A DNA stretch of 54,978 nucleotides from positions 1 to 54,978 of the forward strand of contig CAZPLL010000001.1 of the NCBI GenBank assembly GCA_964587485.1, in the 5' to 3' direction. This document shows positions 21,017 through 28,719 of the stretch, piece by piece (positions within the stretch are counted from its first letter, which is position 1; each line of letters starts with the position of its first letter). The notes under the pieces were generated by a model. The model made no database searches and was not told the DNA's origin. It saw nothing but the letters and a program-made list of their open reading frames with translations. Position numbers and translations under genes: made by a program. Origin of the DNA: an uncultured Oscillospiraceae bacterium. Lineage in GTDB: Bacteria > Bacillota > Clostridia > Oscillospirales > Oscillospiraceae.

Positions 21017-21045
21017 TTGATTTTTATTCCACTATGGCATATAAT
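21017..21045 (+). promoter_or_regulatory. Candidate sigma-A promoter about 210 nt upstream of the licC-like gene
   Basis: TTGATT (21017-21022), 17 nt, then TATAAT (21040-21045). Confidence 0.5.
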
Positions 21046-21143
21046 AATTCCACATTTGAACAAAGCGATTTATGACAAATGTTGTCCGGGTCTACCAGCC
21101 TGAGCCTTGTCATTACGCATATGTTCTTGATTACAGCTTTTTA

Positions 21144-21180
21144 CCTGCGAGAGTGAACGCGGGCTATTTTTCGTTCTCTT
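21144..21180 (+). terminator. Terminator-like hairpin inside the leader (possible attenuator)
   Basis: CCTGCG-AGAGTGAA-CGCGGG (6 bp, one G-U) followed by CTATTTTTCGTTCTCTT. Confidence 0.3.
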
Positions 21181-21255
21181 TTCCGGGTTTTCGGTGCATT
21201 TATGTTTCATTTCAGATATCATAAAGAAAGATTTTGAACACAAGGAGCGATTCTT

Positions 21256-22149
21256 ATGAGCCTGACAAGAAAGCAGTTTGACATTCTGGAGATCCTTGCC
21301 GAAAGCGGCGAAGCTCTCAGCCAGCGCCAGCTTGAGCTTAAAACCGGATACTCTCTCGGCACGGTGAACAAAACCTCGAAGGAGCTCACAGAGCTCGGTT
21401 TCATTGATGACGGTGCCATCACGCTCAAGGGCATGGACGCGCTTGAGCCCTACAAGGCCAAGCGTGCCGTATTTATCGCCGCGGGCTTCGGTTCCCGTCT
21501 CGTGCCTGTGACGCTCAACACCCCAAAGCCTCTTGTGCGCGTGAACGGGAAGCGTATCATCGACACGCTGATAGACGCCGTACTTGAGGCCGGGATCGAC
21601 GAGATATTCATCGTGCGCGGCTATCTCGCAGAGCAGTTTGACCAGCTTCTTTACAAATACCCCATGATAAAGTTCATCGAAAACCCCATCTATAATGAGT
21701 CGAACAACATATCCTCCGCGCTTGTTGCAAGGTATCTCATGCAGAACACCTATGTTTTCGAGTCCGACCTTGTTATCTCCAACCCGAAGATAATACGGAA
21801 ATACCATTACCGTTCGGAGGTCCTCGGCATATGGAAGGAGCGCACTGACGACTGGTGTCTCGCGGTGGACAAGGACGGCTGTGTAACTGACGAAAAAATT
21901 GGCGGACTGAACTGCTACCAGATGGTCGGTATATACTACTGGAACGAAAACGACGGGAAAAAGCTCGCCTCTCACCTGAAGGAAGCCTACGATATGCCCG
22001 GTGGAAAGGAACGCTACTGGGAGACCGTCCCCAATCAGGTCTTTAAGGGGCAATACAAGGTCGAGGTCAGACCCTGTCGTGATGATGATATCGTCGAGAT
22101 CGACACCTTCAGAGAGCTTAAAATGATAGATAAGACCTATGATGTCTGA
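21256..22149 (+). CDS. Winged-helix (MarR-like) domain fused to a LicC-like nucleotidyl (cytidylyl) transferase
   Basis: 297 aa. Residues 1-65 (RKQFDILEILAESGEALSQRQLELKTGYSLGTVNKTSKELTELGFI) look like a wHTH. The rest carries the NTP-transferase signature AVFIAAGFGSRLVPVTLNTPKPLVRVNGKRIID. GGAG SD. Confidence 0.75.
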   Translation: MSLTRKQFDILEILAESGEALSQRQLELKTGYSLGTVNKTSKELTELGFIDDGAITLKGMDALEPYKAKRAVFIAAGFGSRLVPVTLNTPKPLVRVNGKRIIDTLIDAVLEAGIDEIFIVRGYLAEQFDQLLYKYPMIKFIENPIYNESNNISSALVARYLMQNTYVFESDLVISNPKIIRKYHYRSEVLGIWKERTDDWCLAVDKDGCVTDEKIGGLNCYQMVGIYYWNENDGKKLASHLKEAYDMPGGKERYWETVPNQVFKGQYKVEVRPCRDDDIVEIDTFRELKMIDKTYDV

Positions 22150-22163
22150 GAATGGAGCGTTTT

Positions 22164-23618
22164 ATGGCAAACGAAAATAAGAATACCGAGCTGAAAAAAG
22201 AGCTCAACCCCCTGAACGTGTGGGCCATTGCCTTCGGCTGTATAATCGGTTGGGGCTCGTTCATCAACCCCGGGAAGAAGTTTCTTCCCAATTCAGGTGT
22301 TGCCGGCGCCGCGATAGCCATGGTTCTCGGCGCACTGGTCATGGTTATAATTGCCTCAAGCTACGCATACATGGTGCCGAAATACCCCTCCGCAGGCGGG
22401 GAATTCACCTTTGCCAAGCATTGCTTCGGAAATAAGGCCGCGTTTGTCTGTGGCTGGTTTCTCGTGGCGGCCTACCTCACAAACGTACCGATGAACTCAA
22501 CCGCGATCGCTCTTATCGTAGACGGGTTGGACCGCGGCAACGACATTCTCAAATGGGGATTTCATTACTCCATCGCCGGATTTGACGTATGGCTCGGTGA
22601 AATGCTGCTCGCCATGTGTATACTGGTGCTGTTTGGGATACTGAACATAGTCGGTGTGAAAAAGGCCGGATTCGTTCAGACCGTGCTTGCGACGCTTCTT
22701 GCGATCTGTGCGTTCACGCTCTGTATCTCCGCGCTCTGTTCGTCGAAGGCAAGCTCGATAAATATGCAGCCCATATGGGGTTTTGATCGCAAGGCTGCTG
22801 TTGCCGCAGGCGTGACCGCCGATGTTTCACAGTTTGTCCACGAAGGCGGCACGGGTATCTTTTCCGCGATACTTGCGACCTTTGCAATAGCTCCGTGGGC
22901 ATTTGTAGGCTTTGACGCTATCCCCCAGGCCGCCGAAGAATTCAAGTTCTCCCACAAAAAGGTCATGGGCATTATGGTCGTGGCCATTGCTTTCGGTTGC
23001 TTTGTTTATGTCTCCAACAACACAGTCGCGGCAGCCGCACTCGAAAACTGGCCCGAGAGAGTGCTTGCCGGCGAGTGGGTTCTGCTCGTCGCGGCCGAGG
23101 AGCTGTTGGGTGATTTCGGGCGCGTTCTGCTCGGAGTCGGCGTTTCCTGCGCGGTGCTTTCGGGTATCATGGGGTTCTATCTTGCTTCGTCGAGACTGAT
23201 GTATTCCATGGCACGCGACGGTTTTCTGCCTGCATGGTTCGGAGTTCTCGACGAGAAGCACGGCACGCCGAAAAATGCGGTCATCTTCTGCATCATCATC
23301 TCACTCTCCGGGCCTATTCTCGGGCGTGAGGCTCTCGGCTGGTTTGTTGATATGAGTGCTATAGGTGCATCTATAGGGTACTTCTTCACAAGCGCGTCAA
23401 CGCTTGTCACGATGAAGCTCGATAAGGACGGTTCACGCACATCGCACATTCTCGCCGCAATAGGAGTTATCTTTTCCGTGATATTCATGATACTTCAACT
23501 CATTCCGATATCCGGTCTTAGCGGTGTACACTTCGGGAAAGAGTCATACATAATGCTCCTTGTGTGGGTAGCGCTCGGTTTTGTGTTCTATTTTTGCCGC
23601 CGCGACAAAGCCAAATAA
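22164..23618 (+). CDS. APC-superfamily permease (amino acid / amino-alcohol transporter)
   Basis: About 484 aa with 12 predicted TM segments. The N-terminus LNVWAIAFGCIIGWGSFINPG is typical of APC permeases. Starts 15 nt after the licC-like stop; an alternative ATG lies at 22152. Confidence 0.85.
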   Translation: MANENKNTELKKELNPLNVWAIAFGCIIGWGSFINPGKKFLPNSGVAGAAIAMVLGALVMVIIASSYAYMVPKYPSAGGEFTFAKHCFGNKAAFVCGWFLVAAYLTNVPMNSTAIALIVDGLDRGNDILKWGFHYSIAGFDVWLGEMLLAMCILVLFGILNIVGVKKAGFVQTVLATLLAICAFTLCISALCSSKASSINMQPIWGFDRKAAVAAGVTADVSQFVHEGGTGIFSAILATFAIAPWAFVGFDAIPQAAEEFKFSHKKVMGIMVVAIAFGCFVYVSNNTVAAAALENWPERVLAGEWVLLVAAEELLGDFGRVLLGVGVSCAVLSGIMGFYLASSRLMYSMARDGFLPAWFGVLDEKHGTPKNAVIFCIIISLSGPILGREALGWFVDMSAIGASIGYFFTSASTLVTMKLDKDGSRTSHILAAIGVIFSVIFMILQLIPISGLSGVHFGKESYIMLLVWVALGFVFYFCRRDKAK

Positions 23619-23661
23619 ACGGCTTTTATTACGAAAGGACAGTTTTCTTGACAAAAGCCAC

Positions 23662-23690
23662 TTGTCATGACGGGAGTCATGTGGTAAAAT
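23662..23690 (+). promoter_or_regulatory. Candidate extended -10 sigma-A promoter for yebC
   Basis: TTGTCA, 17 nt, then TGgTAAAAT. Confidence 0.45.
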
Positions 23691-23746
23691 ACATCCCGTT
23701 AATATTCGTTTTAACCAATTACTAACATATACGAGGAGCTGTTAAC

Positions 23747-24487
23747 ATGTCCGGACATTCCAAGTGGCACAACATACAGAAGACGAAGGGCGCTGCCGAC
23801 GCGAAGCGCGCACAGGCGTTTACAAAAATCGCCCGTGAAATGATAGTCGCCGTTAAAGAGGGCGGCGGCGGTGATCCGCGCAGTAACTCAAGACTCGCCA
23901 CCGTCATAGCGAAGGCCAAGGCCGCCAATATGCCCAACGACAACATAAAGCGCACCATCGACAAGGCTCTCGGCTCCGGCAGCACCGAGAACTATGAAAA
24001 AGCAGTCTACGAGGGATACGGCCCCTGCGGAGTAGCCGTCATTGTTGAGACCATGACCGACAACCGCAACCGCACTGCCGGTGAAATGCGTCATTATTTC
24101 GACAAATACGGCGGAAACATGGGTGCCGCGAACTGCGTTTCCTGGTCCTTTGACCGCAAGGGCGTTATCGTTATTGACAATGAGGACGAGGAGCTCGACG
24201 AGGACACTGTCATGATGGATGCTCTGGAGGCCGGCGCGGCCGACTTCGAGGCGGACGGCGCGGTAATGACCGTCTACACTGCCGAGGATGACGTTGCCGC
24301 CGTTTCCGAGGCGCTTACTACCGCGGGCTATAAGCTTCTCTCCGCCCAGGTCGAGATGCTCCCCCAGAACGGCTATATCAAGCTCACCAGTGAGGACGAT
24401 ATAAAGAATATGCAGAAGATGCTCGATATGTTCGAGGATAATGACGATGTTCAGAACGTCTGGCACAACTGGGAAGACGCCGAATAA
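23747..24487 (+). CDS. yebC: YebC/PmpR-family DNA-binding regulator
   Basis: 246 aa. MSGHSKWHNIQKTKGAADAKRAQAFTK is the invariant YebC N-terminus. Confidence 0.95.
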   Translation: MSGHSKWHNIQKTKGAADAKRAQAFTKIAREMIVAVKEGGGGDPRSNSRLATVIAKAKAANMPNDNIKRTIDKALGSGSTENYEKAVYEGYGPCGVAVIVETMTDNRNRTAGEMRHYFDKYGGNMGAANCVSWSFDRKGVIVIDNEDEELDEDTVMMDALEAGAADFEADGAVMTVYTAEDDVAAVSEALTTAGYKLLSAQVEMLPQNGYIKLTSEDDIKNMQKMLDMFEDNDDVQNVWHNWEDAE

Positions 24488-24495
24488 ATTTTTTG

Positions 24496-24522
24496 ACAAG
24501 CGCGGTTGAAAACCGCGCTTGT
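24496..24522 (+). terminator. Strong hairpin after yebC without a U-tract (terminator or processing/regulatory stem)
   Basis: ACAAGCGCGGTT-GAAA-AACCGCGCTTGT. A T-run precedes the stem rather than following it. Confidence 0.4.
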
Positions 24523-24573
24523 GTGTCATGTGGGAGTTTTTCCCGATACATTCACAGCAGAGGAGAAAATTTG

Positions 24574-27309
24574 ATGTCAATACCGGAAGGGATAAGCGCA
24601 CTTTTTATCGGGCCGCTTTCCTTATTTTTTGAAATAATATATTCTTTTGTAGACAGGTTTTTTAATAATCCCGGTGTTTCAATAGTCTTTCTCAGCCTTG
24701 CTATGAATTTTTTGGTTCTCCCTCTGTATCGACGTGCCGATTCAATGCAGGAGGAACAGCGCGAGGAAGAGAATAAGCTTGAACGCTGGGTCACTCATAT
24801 CAAGAAAACCTTTTCCGGCGACGAGCGCTTCATGATGCTCCAAACGTATTATCGCCAGAATGATTACACGCCGCTAAATGCGCTCAAGGGTTCTGTTTCT
24901 CTGCTCCTTGAAATTCCGTTTTTTATTGCCGCCTACAAGTTTTTATCCAACCTTGCCGCTTTGAGCGGAGTCGGATTCGGCCCCATAGCCGATCTTTCTC
25001 TTCCCGATAACCTGATACGGATAGGCCGAGTTTCCATAAACGCGCTGCCGATTCTTATGACGGCGATCAACATTCTCTCTGCGGCTGTTTACATGAAGGG
25101 CTTCCCTCTCAAGAGCAAGCTCCAGATGTACGGTATGGCGCTGATATTCCTTGTCCTTTTATATACCTCGCCTGCCGGACTGGTTTTTTACTGGACGATG
25201 AATAATGTTTTTTCTTTGCTGAAAAACATTTTTTATAAGCTCAGCGACCCCGGAAAGGTTCTGCGTATCTGTGCGTCATGTTTGGGGATAGCACTGTTTT
25301 TATTGGGACTGTTTGCCCCTTTGCCGTCGCGAAAGACCGAGGTTTTTGTTTTCGCTCTTGCTCTTGTACTCCAGTTGCCCATGATTATTTCACGCTTAAA
25401 GCTCTCCTTTGGGCACACCTTTGATGCCCTGCCGTCATCAAGTGCGCTCTTTTTTATATCCGCTCTTTTCCTTTCCGTATTCACGGGCGCCCTTATCCCT
25501 TCGGCAGTGATTTCTGCGTCTCCTATAGAATTTGTAAACTACCTTGACTACTTTTCTCCGCTGAATTACATCCTTAATTCCCTGCTGCTCAGTCTCGGTA
25601 CCTTTGTTGTATGGTTTGGAATTTTTTACTGGATATCCGATGAACAAAAACGAAAGCTTTTCAGCTTTAGCATGGTGTTCCTTTCCGTTACGGCCGTGAC
25701 GGACTATCTGTTTTTCGGGACGAAGTACGGTCTTATCAGTTCGACTCTCAAGTACGATATTGATCCTTCTTTTTTGGCTTCGGATAAAATAATCAATATC
25801 CTCGTTATAGTGCTCCTGCTTCTTGCTTTGTTTTTCATATACAGGAAAAGTATCGGTGCGGTCAGGGTTATGTGTGTTTCTCTCATGCTGGCGGCCGCGG
25901 GGATATCCTGCATTAACGCGGCAAAAATCAACAACGAATTAACCCCGGTGATGGCCTCTATCAGCTCCGATAACGCCGATGTTTTCAATCAGCCGGAAAT
26001 CACCCTGAGCAGGGACGAGCCCAACGTAGTTATTATAATGCTTGACCGTGCATTGGGCGGCTTCGTTCCGTTCATTTTTGAAGAACGCCCTGAACTTGTC
26101 AAAAAGTTTGACGGATTTACATATTATTCAAACACGCTGAGTTTTTCCACGAACACGATTTCCGCCTCATCTTCACTGTTTGGCGGATATGAGTACACCC
26201 CCGAGAGCATGAACGACAGAGAGAGTGAGCTTCTTGTTGACAAGCACAATGAGGCGCTTCGTGTCCTGCCGACGCTTTTTGATGAAAGCGGTTATGCGGT
26301 CACGGTTTGCGATCCTCCTATGGCCGGATACAGTTGGTTGCCTGATTTGAGCATATACAATGATCTTGAGAACGTGAAGGCGTATGTTACTAAGAACAAA
26401 TTTCTCTCCGAGGATCTAAACCCCGAGCTTCAGAAAAGGACGAAGCTCAAAAGAGACTTATTCTGTTACGGTCTTTTCAGGATATCACCGGTTTTCTTAC
26501 AGCCTGCCATATATAACAACGGCCTCTATAACACAACGGATGTAATCAATTCCAGTTGTACGGCTCAGGTAAATGACGGGCTTTCCACGGCATACGGAAC
26601 ATATCCCGAGCTTGCCGACTCCTATAAGATTCTTGAATCAATGTCAGATTTTACGAATATTGTAAACTCTGATTCCGGTTGCTTTTTAATGATGAGCAAC
26701 GACCTGACCCATTCACCCGGGATTTTACAGACGCCGGATTATACCCTGGAAATGGCCGTCGATAACACCGACTATGATTCGTTGCACTATGTCAGGTATT
26801 CACCCGACGGCCGCACTCTGATAATGGACGACACATTTTTCCTCGGTCACTATAATTCAAATATGGCATCAATGATTCTGCTCGGAAACTGGTTTGATTA
26901 TTTGCGTGAAAACGGAGTTTACGACAACACCCGTATCATCATTGCCGCCGACCACGGCTACGACGGATTTGACGGCTGTGAGCAACTGATATCGGAGGAG
27001 GGCGCGCCCGAGGAGTCCTCCGCATTTCATTCGCTTTTAATGGTGAAAGATTTCAACTCTACCGGCTTCACTACAAATAGCGATCTTATGACAAACGCGG
27101 ATGTCCCGTTCCTCGCGGCAGATTCCTTAGTTGACGCAATAAATCCGTTTACCGGAAATTCCCTCGACGGCCGCAGTAACAAGGATTCACAACTGCGTTT
27201 GGTCTACAGTGTCGGAGACGATACATCCGATACAGAGTTTAATATTATTAAAAGCTTCCTTTATATTCCCGATGCACCCGCCGGAGAAAGATGGGTAAGT
27301 GAAAGATAA
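24574..27309 (+). CDS. Fusion protein: YidC/Oxa1-like insertase domain + polytopic membrane block + C-terminal sulfatase/LtaS-like (alkaline-phosphatase superfamily) domain
   Basis: The N-terminus (VSIVFLSLAMNFLVLPLYRRADSMQE...TPLNALKGSVSLLLEIPFFIAAY...SPAGLVFYWTMNNVFSLLKN) resembles YidC. About 8 further TM segments follow. The C-terminal domain has VVIIMLDRA (metal Asp), STNTISAS (candidate Thr nucleophile), LTHSPG and IIIAADHGY. ATG 24574 follows AGAGGAGAA; the track ORF begins at 24493. Confidence 0.7.
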   Translation: MSIPEGISALFIGPLSLFFEIIYSFVDRFFNNPGVSIVFLSLAMNFLVLPLYRRADSMQEEQREEENKLERWVTHIKKTFSGDERFMMLQTYYRQNDYTPLNALKGSVSLLLEIPFFIAAYKFLSNLAALSGVGFGPIADLSLPDNLIRIGRVSINALPILMTAINILSAAVYMKGFPLKSKLQMYGMALIFLVLLYTSPAGLVFYWTMNNVFSLLKNIFYKLSDPGKVLRICASCLGIALFLLGLFAPLPSRKTEVFVFALALVLQLPMIISRLKLSFGHTFDALPSSSALFFISALFLSVFTGALIPSAVISASPIEFVNYLDYFSPLNYILNSLLLSLGTFVVWFGIFYWISDEQKRKLFSFSMVFLSVTAVTDYLFFGTKYGLISSTLKYDIDPSFLASDKIINILVIVLLLLALFFIYRKSIGAVRVMCVSLMLAAAGISCINAAKINNELTPVMASISSDNADVFNQPEITLSRDEPNVVIIMLDRALGGFVPFIFEERPELVKKFDGFTYYSNTLSFSTNTISASSSLFGGYEYTPESMNDRESELLVDKHNEALRVLPTLFDESGYAVTVCDPPMAGYSWLPDLSIYNDLENVKAYVTKNKFLSEDLNPELQKRTKLKRDLFCYGLFRISPVFLQPAIYNNGLYNTTDVINSSCTAQVNDGLSTAYGTYPELADSYKILESMSDFTNIVNSDSGCFLMMSNDLTHSPGILQTPDYTLEMAVDNTDYDSLHYVRYSPDGRTLIMDDTFFLGHYNSNMASMILLGNWFDYLRENGVYDNTRIIIAADHGYDGFDGCEQLISEEGAPEESSAFHSLLMVKDFNSTGFTTNSDLMTNADVPFLAADSLVDAINPFTGNSLDGRSNKDSQLRLVYSVGDDTSDTEFNIIKSFLYIPDAPAGERWVSER

Positions 27310-27314
27310 GTTAT

Positions 27315-27338
27315 AGCCCGTAGGAGCTCCTACGGGCT
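27315..27338. terminator. Perfect 24-nt palindrome between convergent genes (bidirectional terminator)
   Basis: AGCCCGTAGGAG/CTCCTACGGGCT. Confidence 0.6.
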
Positions 27339-27365
27339 GTATTACTGTTCTGCTAATTAAAGCTT

Positions 27366-28601
27366 TTATGGTGTGCTTTCTATCGACAGTTGTTTATGCT
27401 TCTCTATAAGATAGTCTACGGTTCTTGTCGCGCCTTCGCCTATGTGCGCCCATGTTTCGGCGCGTGCGATATCTCTCGCATCCTTGTAGTGCGTCTCGCT
27501 CAGGCACTCGTCGATAAGCTCCCTGATGTGCTCGAAATTATCCTGAGTGAGCTGTTTGCCGATCTTGGGAAGTGTGGAAAAAGTCCACATTTCATCATCT
27601 ATCCAGCAGGCATCATACGGAGACTTGTCAAACTGCGTGTCGGCATAAATTACCGGTCTGTCAAACACAAGCGCAAAATCAAATATAACGCCGGAAAAGT
27701 CCGATATAAGGATATCCGAACGCTCAAGGACATTGAAGTTGTCGTTGTCCCGGTTCCACTCAAGTCGATCGCTGTCCGGGTATGCTGACATGAGCGACTC
27801 CATAAGCTCCTTTTCCGAGGTGAATGACTGCGGATGAGGACGGATGATTATATGATATCCGGTTGCGAGGAGTGCGTCAATGATCTTGCCCCCGAAGCGG
27901 CGAAGTATCGCGCTCTCGCCCCACGAGGGCGCAAGAAGCACTGTTCTCTCATGCTCCGTGACAGGCGATGCGCTCTTTCTCCTATTGAGCATGGCGTCGG
28001 TATACGGCTGGCCGACGATGGGAAGTTCCTTTGCGGGGAGGTTTCTCAGCTCTTCAAGCTTCCTTACCTGTTCCACCTGATACTCGCCCGAGAGGAGGAT
28101 AGCATCATAATAATCTATACCGAACATTCTGTAAATCGTTATATCGCTGACCGCATGGGGAATATGCGCATAGAAGCTTATGTCCTTAGAGCGCTTCCAC
28201 TGGTAGACATCCAACCCGGGCGTACTTGAGAGGAGTATATCCGCCCTGAACATATTGAGCTTTGCAAACGCCTTGTTGCCCTCTCCGATAAATTCGCACC
28301 TGACATTGCTGTATTCCTTCGCAAGCGCGGGGTCGTCGGGAGAGGAGGTCATGTAGAGCACACTGCAACCGCGCTTTTCAAACTCGTCGCAGATCGGTTC
28401 AAATACGTTCCAGTATCGCTTACTGTCGGAGAAGACGGCAAAATCTACCTTGTTCTCCGCCACACGGCGCTCCTTTCCTGCGGAAAGGTAGAACCTCAGC
28501 TTTACGAAAAGATTTCTCAACGCATATACAGCCGCGCCGAGAACTCCGATCAGTATGGTAAAGAGCATACTGCCTGTGCCGGGGTCTATATAAAACCGCA
28601 T
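27366..28601 (-). CDS. CDP-glycerol glycerophosphotransferase family protein (TagB/TagF-like), N-terminally membrane anchored
   Basis: 411 aa. LLAPSWGES, IIIRPHPQS and SDFSGVIFDFALVFDRPVIY are typical of the TagF C-terminal domain. GGAGAA SD. Confidence 0.82.
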   Translation of the reverse strand: MRFYIDPGTGSMLFTILIGVLGAAVYALRNLFVKLRFYLSAGKERRVAENKVDFAVFSDSKRYWNVFEPICDEFEKRGCSVLYMTSSPDDPALAKEYSNVRCEFIGEGNKAFAKLNMFRADILLSSTPGLDVYQWKRSKDISFYAHIPHAVSDITIYRMFGIDYYDAILLSGEYQVEQVRKLEELRNLPAKELPIVGQPYTDAMLNRRKSASPVTEHERTVLLAPSWGESAILRRFGGKIIDALLATGYHIIIRPHPQSFTSEKELMESLMSAYPDSDRLEWNRDNDNFNVLERSDILISDFSGVIFDFALVFDRPVIYADTQFDKSPYDACWIDDEMWTFSTLPKIGKQLTQDNFEHIRELIDECLSETHYKDARDIARAETWAHIGEGATRTVDYLIEKHKQLSIESTP

Positions 28602-28642
28602 AACGCTTTCTCCTTATCTCGTCATTACGAAATATCATCTGT

Positions 28643-28671
28643 ATAATACCATTAATGGCAAATAAAGTAAA
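28643..28671 (-). promoter_or_regulatory. Candidate promoter for the tagF-like gene
   Basis: The minus strand reads TTTACT, 17 nt, then TGgTATTAT (extended -10). Confidence 0.35.
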
Positions 28672-28680
28672 CAGCAAAAG

Positions 28681-28714
28681 TTCCTTTTCGGGAGCCTTTG
28701 CTGTATGTTTGTGT
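28681..28714 (-). terminator. Terminator after the DUF3794/LysM gene
   Basis: Minus strand: CAGCAAAG...CTTTTGCTG followed by TTTACTTTATTTG. Confidence 0.5.
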
Positions 28715-28719
28715 TGGCT

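Noticed and set aside
21072-21224. 50-codon upstream ORF (MTNVVRVYQPEPCHYAYV...) in the licC-like leader
   Set aside because: It has no Shine-Dalgarno (AAGCGATTT precedes the ATG) and an aromatic or odd composition. I treat it as non-coding leader sequence, although leader-peptide attenuation cannot be excluded.
21070-22053. 327-aa minus-strand ORF overlapping the licC-like gene
   Set aside because: The plus-strand frame carries clear wHTH and NTP-transferase motifs and a GGAG SD. The minus-strand product has no motifs and would begin in the middle of the following permease junction. I treat it as an antisense shadow.
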